Shown: positions 26,807 to 34,994 of the stretch, in pieces | Layout: each line of letters starts with the position of its first letter | Numbering within the stretch: position 1 is the first letter of the stretch | Assembly (NCBI GenBank): GCA_030704765.1 | Contig: JAUYDD010000011.1 | Coordinates: forward strand, 1 to 35,265 | DNA from: Nanobdellota archaeon | Lineage (GTDB): Archaea; Nanobdellota; Nanobdellia; Pacearchaeales; GW2011-AR1 | Length of the DNA stretch: 35,265 nucleotides | Reading direction: 5' to 3' | Notes under the pieces: generated by a model | Databases searched by the model: none | What the model saw: only the letters and a program-made list of their open reading frames with translations | Told to the model about the DNA's origin: nothing | Made by a program: the position numbers and the translations under genes

Positions 26807-28173
26807 ATTATTCCTCCAAAACACTTTCTTAATGCAACATAAAAGAAATAGTTCAGAATTCCAAATATTGAAAGACTCCAGATAGTGTTTGTTTTTTCTT
26901 TATCTTCTACAAAGATTATTTTTTCAGAATGATAATCACTTACATCTGCAGAGACTTTATTATTCTGCAAATTAGCAATAAAACTTGAATTTCCTTTTGC
27001 TATCTTGCTTTGATTTCCATAGCTTAGACTTACTGAAATATTATTTGGATAAACATAAACTTGTATTGTTTCATTTGGATCATAGGTTAATTTATCAGTC
27101 TCCACATAAATAGAAATATTTGAATTTTCAGAAGTACAATTTTTATCAATTACCTTAAAAAAATCAAATGCTTTTATCTTGCAATTATTTGTATTTTTTA
27201 CAATTAAGTCGTTCCCATTTTTTAATAGGTTATTCGATGTTTCCTGATTATAATCATAAGCCCTTAAAGTATAAACATAATAAGGCTCTTTTGAATAATT
27301 AATATTATAAGTAAATTTATTGTACTTAAAATAAGAATCATTAAAAATAAGATAAAATGAATCTGAGTAATTGGGTCTTATTCTGTTTGTTCCACCATAA
27401 GAATCTATTGTTTTAATATCTCCAGTTAAATTATTTGAATAATGTTTTACTTTAAGAGTATCTTCTATACTTATGCTATCTTGCTGAATTTCATTATAAT
27501 TAAAACTGCATCGATAGGAATAAACGCATTTTCCATTTCTTCTGTAAGCACAATATTTCTCCCACTTATAATGATCTATATTAAATCCTACATTTATTCG
27601 ATATTGTGCTTTTATTTCAGAGTCTGAATTAATGTTTACTTCAACTAACTTTCCACTTCCATGGTAGATATTATTTACATAAATTCTATTTTCAGAGTAA
27701 TTTTGAATTAAAGTATAAATTCTCTTGCAATCTCCTTGGTTATTTTGAGGATAATAAGATGAATAATAATTTTGAGGGGTATTTGTTTTATAATTAAATG
27801 CTGAAAGAACCTTTGTCTTGTCAGGAACATATAAATTATCATTATAAATAATAGAAGGCATTGATGTAAAAATACTAAGCCAAGCATCTCTTACAAACTG
27901 TCCATTATAGGTTTTAACTCCTGTTGGAGGATTTATTATTTTAATATTAGTATTTCTTTGAAAAATATAATCCTGATCTGGAAAGAACTTATTTTTATAA
28001 TCTAAGTTTGAAACAAGAATATCTTTTTCTTGTAAAGTTAAGTTAGAATTAATTATATTTATACAGGTATTATAATTAGCAGAAGAAACAGAATTACAAT
28101 CTAAAGAAAAAATAAAAGGGGTTTGCACTAAGAATATCAGTGCAAACACCCAAAATAAAAAATATTTTGTCAT
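26803..28173 (-). CDS. Secreted Asn/Tyr-rich protein with a C-terminal TM anchor, unknown function
   Basis: N-terminal signal MTKYFLFWVFALIFLVQTPFIFS and C-terminal helix IWSLSIFGILNYFFYVAL. ATG 28173 lies 1 nt after the pilin-like gene stop. The track uses TTG 28185. Confidence 0.55.
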   Translation of the reverse strand: MTKYFLFWVFALIFLVQTPFIFSLDCNSVSSANYNTCINIINSNLTLQEKDILVSNLDYKNKFFPDQDYIFQRNTNIKIINPPTGVKTYNGQFVRDAWLSIFTSMPSIIYNDNLYVPDKTKVLSAFNYKTNTPQNYYSSYYPQNNQGDCKRIYTLIQNYSENRIYVNNIYHGSGKLVEVNINSDSEIKAQYRINVGFNIDHYKWEKYCAYRRNGKCVYSYRCSFNYNEIQQDSISIEDTLKVKHYSNNLTGDIKTIDSYGGTNRIRPNYSDSFYLIFNDSYFKYNKFTYNINYSKEPYYVYTLRAYDYNQETSNNLLKNGNDLIVKNTNNCKIKAFDFFKVIDKNCTSENSNISIYVETDKLTYDPNETIQVYVYPNNISVSLSYGNQSKIAKGNSSFIANLQNNKVSADVSDYHSEKIIFVEDKEKTNTIWSLSIFGILNYFFYVALRKCFGGII

Positions 28174-28174
28174 G

Positions 28175-28513
28175 CTAACCCACAATAAAGTTAACTACCA
28201 ATGGAGCTGCCCAGATTATGATCAGTCCTATGATAACATACATGCCAATGTTCTTTGCCTGTTCTCTTTTTCCAGGATTTCCAGCAGAAGTTATAAAGCC
28301 GATTCCTGCAAATAAGAGAACAACTACTGCAATAGCTGTTGACAGATATTTAGCCATATTATAGATCTTCATTACAGGCGTAAGTATCTGATCAAACGTT
28401 GCCTTATCCTGTGTAGATATTGGCTGATTAAAGTCAACAGCTAAAACAAACTGGATAGCAATTACTGTTACAAAGAATACTAAACCAAGCAGTGCTAGAT
28501 GTTTTTGTTTCAT
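28175..28513 (-). CDS. VirB2/TrbC-like conjugative pilin candidate (112 aa)
   Basis: Signal peptide ending in VLA, then two hydrophobic helices joined by a short polar loop, SAGNPGKREQAKN. This is the topology of VirB2/TrbC and of the archaeal CedA1/TedC-type pilins. Confidence 0.55.
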   Translation of the reverse strand: MKQKHLALLGLVFFVTVIAIQFVLAVDFNQPISTQDKATFDQILTPVMKIYNMAKYLSTAIAVVVLLFAGIGFITSAGNPGKREQAKNIGMYVIIGLIIIWAAPLVVNFIVG

Positions 28514-28764
28514 TTTTTCCTCCTGAATTTAATTGAGCCAGAGTCTTTATTTTCCAATTTCCTAAATTCTCTTATTTTCTCAAAATACTTTTTCTTGTGT
28601 TTCCACTTAAGAAACTGAAAACAAGACTCACAGACTTCTCCTTCATTTATTTCGCTTTTGCAAACAATACAATTTTTCATGGAAGGTTGATTTAGAACAT
28701 GCTTAAATAGGGCTAGGTTAAAACTTGTGTACACAATTGTGTACACAAATAGGTACACAATCAT
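28510..28764 (-). CDS. Small zinc-ribbon protein, start uncertain (28764 or ATG 28680)
   Basis: Contains CIVC...CESC. The N-terminal 28 codons of the track ORF are encoded by three tandem 12-bp DNA repeats and may be regulatory DNA rather than coding. Confidence 0.45.
   Translation of the reverse strand: MIVYLFVYTIVYTSFNLALFKHVLNQPSMKNCIVCKSEINEGEVCESCFQFLKWKHKKKYFEKIREFRKLENKDSGSIKFRRKK
28726..28761. promoter_or_regulatory. Three tandem 12-bp repeats with a palindromic core (TGTGTACACAAT / TGTGTACACAAA / TAGGTACACAAT)
   Basis: Read directly from the sequence. TGTGTACACA is self-complementary. The repeats sit at the head of the T4SS-like operon, in the divergent region facing the methyltransferase gene. 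Confidence 0.6.
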
Positions 28765-28925
28765 TATCCTTTGAATATTTAAGAAAAGATTTTATGAATC
28801 TTTTATGGAAAACAAAAATTCAATACAGAATACTGATGATAAAAACTATAGACAGAATCAAGAAAAAAGAATTGAGTTGCCTCAGTGGATTCAAATTTTA
28901 AAGAAATCTTTGGAGGAATCAAAAA

Positions 28926-29963
28926 ATGATGCAAGTAAATAAAGTGCATCAAATAGAGGTTTTAGAAGGCTTGAAAGAACTACCTGATAATTCTATTGAT
29001 TGCATTGTTACAAGTCCGCCTTATTGGAATTTAAGAGATTATAATGTCAAAGACCAGATAGGCTTGGAAAAAGATCCAGAAGATTTTGTTAATAAAATAG
29101 TTGAAATAATGAAGGAATGTAAAAGGGTTATAAAACCTACTGGAACAATCTGGTTAAACTTAGGAGACTCTTATTTTAAAAGTAATAGTAATAATTGCAA
29201 ATCTAACTGGTTACAACAAAAACAAAGATTGCTAATTCCATTTAGAATAGCAATAAAATGCCAAAATGAATTGGGACTAATATTAAGAAATGATATTACT
29301 TGGGTTAAGCAGTTATGGAATTGTAAAACTAAAGAATCTTTTGGATCTTCAATGCCGACAGGGGTTAAAGACAGATTAAATACAACGTCTGAATCACTTT
29401 TCTTTTTTGTTAAGTCTAATAAATATTATTTTAATTTAGATAATATAAGGATACCTTATCGAGATAAAAAAATAACAAATTCTCAAGGCAAAAATCCAGG
29501 TGATTGCATAATGTTTCCATTAGAACCTAGCAGAGAAAAGCATATTGCAATGTTTCCTAAAACTCTCCCAGAATTTTGTATTAAAGCGGGCTGTCCTAAA
29601 CAAATATGCAAAAAATGCAGTACTCCTAAATTAATAATAAAAAAGTCAGATAGCCCATATTCTTTTAATATTAGAGTAAGAGATGTTAAAAATGGAAGAA
29701 TTAAAAGTTTAGATAGAAAAGCTTCACTAAAAGAAACTAAAGATTATAATGAAAAAAACTATGTCTCTAAAAAAGAAGATCAAATTATTTTAAGCTGCAA
29801 TTGCAAAGCAGGATTTAATTCAGGTATTGTTTTAGACCCTTTCATGGGTTCTGGAACTACTGCTATTGTAGCCAAAAAACTCGGTATGAATTTTATTGGT
29901 TTTGATTTGAATAAAAATTATATCAAAATAGCTAATAGGAGGATTTCTCAAATTGGCAATTGA
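28926..29963 (+). CDS. Beta-class N4-cytosine/N6-adenine DNA methyltransferase, with no adjacent endonuclease
   Basis: Motif IV IVTSPPYW lies near the N-terminus, HIAMFPKTLPEF is present, and motif I VLDPFMGSGTT lies near the C-terminus (the IV-before-I order is the beta class). A ~75-aa Cys-containing insertion precedes motif I. Confidence 0.85.
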   Translation: MMQVNKVHQIEVLEGLKELPDNSIDCIVTSPPYWNLRDYNVKDQIGLEKDPEDFVNKIVEIMKECKRVIKPTGTIWLNLGDSYFKSNSNNCKSNWLQQKQRLLIPFRIAIKCQNELGLILRNDITWVKQLWNCKTKESFGSSMPTGVKDRLNTTSESLFFFVKSNKYYFNLDNIRIPYRDKKITNSQGKNPGDCIMFPLEPSREKHIAMFPKTLPEFCIKAGCPKQICKKCSTPKLIIKKSDSPYSFNIRVRDVKNGRIKSLDRKASLKETKDYNEKNYVSKKEDQIILSCNCKAGFNSGIVLDPFMGSGTTAIVAKKLGMNFIGFDLNKNYIKIANRRISQIGN

Positions 29964-30204
29964 AACTGAAACAAAATCTAGAGGATTATATTCTTTATTA
30001 TTAAGAAGATTGGAAGAAGCAAGAAGAAAATGCAATAAAGAAACAATTCCGTTTCCAAATGTTTTTTCTAAAATTTGCAGTAATTTTTCTATAACTAAAA
30101 AAGAGTGCTGGGAGCTGTTATATTTTGTAAGAGAAATGGGCTTGATTGAGATTGTTCCTTATCATGGGGTGAGAATAGTTGATTTAAAGGAGGTTAAAAA
30201 ATGA
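29953..30204 (+). CDS. Small wHTH-like protein (83 aa)
   Basis: Overlaps the methyltransferase stop by 11 nt. The helix-rich segment ITKKECWELLYFVREMGLIEIV suggests a winged helix. Assignment is weak. Confidence 0.4.
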   Translation: MAIETETKSRGLYSLLLRRLEEARRKCNKETIPFPNVFSKICSNFSITKKECWELLYFVREMGLIEIVPYHGVRIVDLKEVKK

Positions 30205-30250
30205 TAAATTTTTTCAAATCATTATTTAGGAGAAATTTTATTCCCTCAAA

Positions 30251-30263
30251 AATAGATTTATAT
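30251..30263 (+). promoter_or_regulatory. Archaeal-type promoter motif AATAGATTTATAT, ending 23 nt before ATG 30286
   Basis: An identical 13-mer lies at 30616-30628 with identical spacing to ATG 30651. It contains a TATA box, TTTATAT. Confidence 0.5.
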
Positions 30264-30285
30264 ACTTTATTATTCTTAGTTTAAG

Positions 30286-30576
30286 ATGAAGAAATATCTT
30301 TCATTTGGGATTGTAGGATTTATTTTAAGTTTAATTTTAGCCTATTTTGGTTATTCATTAGGCAATAAACCAAATGACATTCTATTCCCATTTTACCAAG
30401 TTTTACTATTTGCAATGTTATTATATTTCATTCCATTGCTATTAGTAGGATTGTTTTTAGATATGTCAAAAAAGAGAAAAATTTTCAAGATATTAGCTAT
30501 AATAATCTTAATTCTTGTGGCATTAATAACAGCTTTTTTAGTTCTTTTGAGTTTTTCTTTTAAATTTATTTCCTGA
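30286..30576 (+). CDS. Small membrane protein (96 aa, three TM segments)
   Basis: Hydrophobic ORF with a promoter motif at -23. Confidence 0.5.
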   Translation: MKKYLSFGIVGFILSLILAYFGYSLGNKPNDILFPFYQVLLFAMLLYFIPLLLVGLFLDMSKKRKIFKILAIIILILVALITAFLVLLSFSFKFIS

Positions 30577-30615
30577 TTATTTTATTTACTACTGATTCTT
30601 AATAAATTTTTTTGC

Positions 30616-30628
30616 AATAGATTTATAT
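30616..30628 (+). promoter_or_regulatory. Second copy of the AATAGATTTATAT promoter motif, ending 23 nt before ATG 30651
   Basis: Exact 13-nt identity and identical spacing to the copy at 30251-30263. Confidence 0.5.
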
Positions 30629-30650
30629 CTAACTACTATGTCTAAATATT

Positions 30651-33600
30651 ATGAAAAGATATGGTGTTATCAGTCTAGGTATTGTAGTAATACTACTCTG
30701 TGTCGGATTTATTTTTGCAGAAAATATTGAAGAATATAATTTAGACAACACACAAAAACTGACTATTCCTGAATTTTTTTCTAATGTAACAAGTTTTTTT
30801 AATAAAGAATATTCAAATAATAATTCAATTGTTCATTTTATTCAATTAGATTTTCAAGATACTTCTGTTTTAGCAGATAATATTAATCGTACATTAGATA
30901 ATGTAGATTTAGAACATGTCCAGGAGATTGGGGGGAAAATTTATGTTATTTACCCCAATTATATTGAATGGACAAGCCAGAGTAAAATAATTCATATAGA
31001 AATTTATTCTGGAAATGCTGAATTATTAAATAATTCTATTTTTAATTATTATAGTAGTTTATATCCTAGTGATTTAGATAACTATGCGAGTCCTCCAGTC
31101 CAATCAAAATCGATGAATATGTTAATATTAGCTTTACAATCTAGTAGTCAGTGTGATAGATGTGGTGAAGGTTTATTTAATAATTGTGATAAAGATGAAT
31201 GTTATGGTTTAGGGTCTTCTTGTTATCTAGGTTGGGCTTCATGTACTGGATGGGGAGATTGTTGGTGTTATGATGGTTCAAATATCTTTAATGGAAATGA
31301 CGATTACTGCAAATATAAGGGACAGAGAAAAAATGGATGTTCAAGAAATGAATATGATTGTGATTGGGACTCTGAATGTGCTTATGGACTTTCCTGTAAA
31401 GGTCCTATAGGCGGAGCTGCAGATGGATGTTGTTATTCTTATGAGGCATGGGATACTAATTCTATGTCTTGTTATGACCCAAGATTAAGTCATGGTCAAT
31501 ATGACTGTGATTGGGACTCTGAATGTAAACCTGGATTAGTCTGTGATGGTAAAACTGCAACAACTGACTTTAATGATGAAGGTTGTTGTTATAATTATGA
31601 AAATTGGAATAACAATGCTAAAGTTTGTAATTATGCGATTTATGGAACTGTTTATAATTCTGTATTAAATTCCAATGGAGCTTTTACTCAAACACCTTAT
31701 TCTAACTTGAAATTAGTTATTAAGATAAGTAATCATGAGGCTTCATGGTTAACAACTAATTATGTTGAGACATCGACAGATTCAAGCGGAAATTTCTATT
31801 TTAATCCTGAAAGATATATTTCTAGTTGGAATTCATTAGCATTTGGAGTTAACCTATTTAATTGGAAAGTTGATAATATCTATGCAGTTCAAGGAAATGA
31901 AGTTATTGGTGAATGGACCAATGATTTTAATAATGGTTTTTGGGGAGGAGAAGATTCTGGTTATCAATCAGGTTTAAGGTCAAGACATCAGATAGTTATG
32001 ATACATACAAATATGCCTTATTGGAGGATAAGTGAATTTTCAAGTAATACTGCGATGGTTAAATCTATGGCGATTCAAACAAATGAGCAACAGCAGAATA
32101 TAATAAATCCTCCAACAAATATGCTCTCAAATGAAAAAATGACTTCAAATAAAATTGTAGGAACTCTTATAATAAAAGATGAGGGAGATTATAACTTTAA
32201 AGTTTCTTCTAGTGGAGGAGTTAAATTATTAATAGATGGCAAGGAAATTATTAATGACTGGAATGACCCTATAAATAATACTTATGAAAGATATGGTAAA
32301 GTTTATCTTTATAATGGAAATCACACCTTATCTCTTGATTATTATGAATATGAAAATAATCAAAGATTGAATATTGATTGGGAAACACCTAAACCAATTA
32401 AAGTAAATCAGCTATATGAAGTTTTTATTCCAAGTGATATTAATCAAAAAGACTATCCAAATCCTTCGGAAGGACAAAAACTAATGGCTACAGCTCAAGT
32501 CCTTTCAGCATCTTCTTCGTATACTGATAATCAAGATAATTATCAAGTATCTTTTATTGAAGACCCAAAAGTATACGAGACATCAAAATCTTATACTCCT
32601 TCCAGAAGACCTCTCTTGTTAGTTCATGGAATGGGTGGAACTGATGGATATTGGGATAATTTGTATCCCTATTTTTCAAATGATTTTGATGTATGGCAAT
32701 TTTATTATCCAAATGACCAAGAGATAAAATATTCATCTGCATTACTAAGAGAAGGAACTGATTTTATTTTAAAAAATTATAATTCTAATTCTGTGGATAT
32801 TGTTTCTCATAGTATGGGTGGATTAGTCTCACATGGATATAGTTCAAATTTAGGACAAAGTCCAAGTGGAATTAGAGTTAGTTATGGAAATAATGTAAAT
32901 AAAATTATAACCTTAGCATCTCCTCTTTATGGTTCTCATCTTGCAAATGTTATTTCTGAAACAACAGACTTTGGATTTGGTTGTAAAGCTACAGAATTTG
33001 TTAATAATATAAGAGAAGGTATATTTGGTGGAGTTCGAAGTGATGCTCCTGCATATAGGGATATAGCTGTAGGAAGTAATTTTACTTTCCAATTAGGAAA
33101 TAAAAATTTGAATGCAAATATTAAATATTATACTATAGCCGGTACAGATGCTTATACTCTTGTAAAAGTCTGTAGAGAGGCTGATGATAATACCATGGAT
33201 GGTTTAGTATCAACATCAAGTGCTAGTTTATTAAATAAAAACATAGATTTATACACGATCTATACAACACATTCAGGATTTACATATACTTGTTCTGATA
33301 CTTTAGCTTATTTGTTTGCCTGTATTCCATTAGTATCAACACCTTCTCCATTACAACAGATTTCAAACATGGTCTATTCATTTACAAAAGGAACAAACCT
33401 TAGTTCTAGTAATTATCAATATAAATTGACAAATCTTAACTATAATCCTTATACTGAAGGCGCAGTTCTAATAAAGACCAAAGAAAATGTATCTGGTGTA
33501 AAATTAAAATTTATATCTACAAACAAAACATATTATCTTTATAGAAATCAATTTAACCCTATCTGGTACTTCTGGGGAAATTCCGGTCAAGATGGATTAA

Positions 33601-34865
33601 ATATTCCTCAAGGAAAATATGAGGTTTTGGTTGGTAATGCAACAAAAGGAAAGGAAATATCGATATACCCTGCTCAAACATCTATATACGATTTATCAAT
33701 CTGTACACCTAATTGGACTTTAATGAATAATTGGAGCTCATGCCAGAAAAACAATCAAACAAACAAAGATTGGATAGATACCAATTATTGCGGTGATAAT
33801 TCAACAAAACCTTCTAAAGTTATCCAAACTTGTGATTATTGCCAACCCAATATATCAAACCCTCTTTATACAGAATGGTCTATTTGTTCAAATCATTTAA
33901 GGACTAAAATAAAATATTATAAAGATTTGAATTATAATTCTTGTTGCATCATAACTAACCTAAGCTCCGATTGTATAATAAATAATAAATCTTATCAGAA
34001 TATTACTGAAACCGAAGATTGTGATATTCCCTCCCTTAGTTTAAGTATACTTGAGCCACAAGACAAGATTTACGATTCTGGGAAGTTAAATTTGAAAACA
34101 AATTCAGATAGTAACATAATCAAATTAGAAACTATAGATTATTATAGTGGAAATAAAAATCCAAGATGGACTACATTATGTTCTAAGAACTGCAAGACTT
34201 ATGAGAAGAAAATTAACTTTAATGATGGAAATCATAGTCTAATTGTAAGGGGAACTTCAGATAAAGGACTGATTTATACTAGTAATGTTTCTTTCATAAT
34301 TGATACAAAAGATCCACAAATATCAACTACAAAACCTTCAAGCAATAAATATACAAATGGCTCGAATTTCTATATTAAATATACTGAAGCTAATTGCCAA
34401 ACATTAAAGATATTAATAAATGGGCAAGAAGTTCTATCACAGGGCTGCACATCAGGAAAGAATATTGAAAAAGTTATTCCCTTAGATATAAGTTCATTTA
34501 ATGGGCAATTGGTTAGATATCAATTTATTATTTCAGATATTGCTAGTAACACATATCAATCAAACCCTACAAAAATAAAAGTCGATACAACTGCTCCTGA
34601 AATAAAGAATCTAAATGTTTCAGTTTCTGGAAGATATGCTTATTTTAAGATGACTGTTTTAAATGAAAATAAAGACAGTTTTAATAAGGTTGAATACAAA
34701 GACAACTCTGATTCAAGACCTTCCTGGAAATCTTTATGTACAAATTTAAAGAATGAAATTTGTGAGAAAAAAATATCATTCAGAACTGGAAATCATGATA
34801 TGATTATAAGAGCATTGGATGATGCTGGAAACAGCGATACTAAAAATATTAGTTTTATGATTTAA
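30651..34865 (+). CDS. Giant secreted multidomain protein: signal peptide, Cys-rich repeats, PA14-like domain, alpha/beta-hydrolase (lipase-like) domain, Cys-rich region, C-terminal Ig-like repeats
   Basis: Signal ISLGIVVILLCVGFIFA. A 50-aa repeat YDCDWDSEC..GL.C.G...GCCY.YE.W occurs twice (DNA near 31352 and 31500). PA14-like EGDYNFKVSSSGGVKLLIDGKEIINDWN...LDYYEYENNQRLNIDW. Lipase motifs LLVHGMGG and the nucleophile elbow SHSMGG. Repeated IDTKDPQIS and VDTTAPEIK modules are present. Confidence 0.8.
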   Translation: MKRYGVISLGIVVILLCVGFIFAENIEEYNLDNTQKLTIPEFFSNVTSFFNKEYSNNNSIVHFIQLDFQDTSVLADNINRTLDNVDLEHVQEIGGKIYVIYPNYIEWTSQSKIIHIEIYSGNAELLNNSIFNYYSSLYPSDLDNYASPPVQSKSMNMLILALQSSSQCDRCGEGLFNNCDKDECYGLGSSCYLGWASCTGWGDCWCYDGSNIFNGNDDYCKYKGQRKNGCSRNEYDCDWDSECAYGLSCKGPIGGAADGCCYSYEAWDTNSMSCYDPRLSHGQYDCDWDSECKPGLVCDGKTATTDFNDEGCCYNYENWNNNAKVCNYAIYGTVYNSVLNSNGAFTQTPYSNLKLVIKISNHEASWLTTNYVETSTDSSGNFYFNPERYISSWNSLAFGVNLFNWKVDNIYAVQGNEVIGEWTNDFNNGFWGGEDSGYQSGLRSRHQIVMIHTNMPYWRISEFSSNTAMVKSMAIQTNEQQQNIINPPTNMLSNEKMTSNKIVGTLIIKDEGDYNFKVSSSGGVKLLIDGKEIINDWNDPINNTYERYGKVYLYNGNHTLSLDYYEYENNQRLNIDWETPKPIKVNQLYEVFIPSDINQKDYPNPSEGQKLMATAQVLSASSSYTDNQDNYQVSFIEDPKVYETSKSYTPSRRPLLLVHGMGGTDGYWDNLYPYFSNDFDVWQFYYPNDQEIKYSSALLREGTDFILKNYNSNSVDIVSHSMGGLVSHGYSSNLGQSPSGIRVSYGNNVNKIITLASPLYGSHLANVISETTDFGFGCKATEFVNNIREGIFGGVRSDAPAYRDIAVGSNFTFQLGNKNLNANIKYYTIAGTDAYTLVKVCREADDNTMDGLVSTSSASLLNKNIDLYTIYTTHSGFTYTCSDTLAYLFACIPLVSTPSPLQQISNMVYSFTKGTNLSSSNYQYKLTNLNYNPYTEGAVLIKTKENVSGVKLKFISTNKTYYLYRNQFNPIWYFWGNSGQDGLNIPQGKYEVLVGNATKGKEISIYPAQTSIYDLSICTPNWTLMNNWSSCQKNNQTNKDWIDTNYCGDNSTKPSKVIQTCDYCQPNISNPLYTEWSICSNHLRTKIKYYKDLNYNSCCIITNLSSDCIINNKSYQNITETEDCDIPSLSLSILEPQDKIYDSGKLNLKTNSDSNIIKLETIDYYSGNKNPRWTTLCSKNCKTYEKKINFNDGNHSLIVRGTSDKGLIYTSNVSFIIDTKDPQISTTKPSSNKYTNGSNFYIKYTEANCQTLKILINGQEVLSQGCTSGKNIEKVIPLDISSFNGQLVRYQFIISDIASNTYQSNPTKIKVDTTAPEIKNLNVSVSGRYAYFKMTVLNENKDSFNKVEYKDNSDSRPSWKSLCTNLKNEICEKKISFRTGNHDMIIRALDDAGNSDTKNISFMI

Positions 34866-34994
34866 TCTCGCTTTATTAATTTCCATATTCATTTATAGAG
34901 CTCTTTAAATACTAATTTCTCCTCGGTAAATTAGCTAAAAATAATTTGCTATTAAATACCGCACACAAAAAGGAATAGAACTTTTCCATTGAAT

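Noticed and set aside
28805-28942. A 45-aa ORF (MENKNSIQNTDDKNYRQNQEKRIELPQWIQILKKSLEESKNDASK) upstream of, and overlapping, the methyltransferase start, considered as a controller-like gene.
   Set aside because: It has no HTH or other motif, is very short, and has no clear RBS. It cannot be distinguished from a chance ORF without comparative data.
4765-32742. Short ORFs nested antisense or out of frame inside larger genes: 4765-4992, 9422-9661, 10413-10613, 10660-10857, 11096-11344, 13974-14198, 14700-14930, 15656-15865, 16224-16418, 16411-16722, 16775-16969, 19497-19688, 20594-20923, 21751-21960, 22979-23173, 23338-23520, 23950-24147, 27442-27627, 29832-30035, 32554-32742.
   Set aside because: All lie entirely within well-supported longer genes. 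Their compositions are biased (Phe/Leu/Ile/Ser-rich) in the way expected from the antisense of AT-rich coding DNA. None has a recognisable motif or ribosome-binding site.
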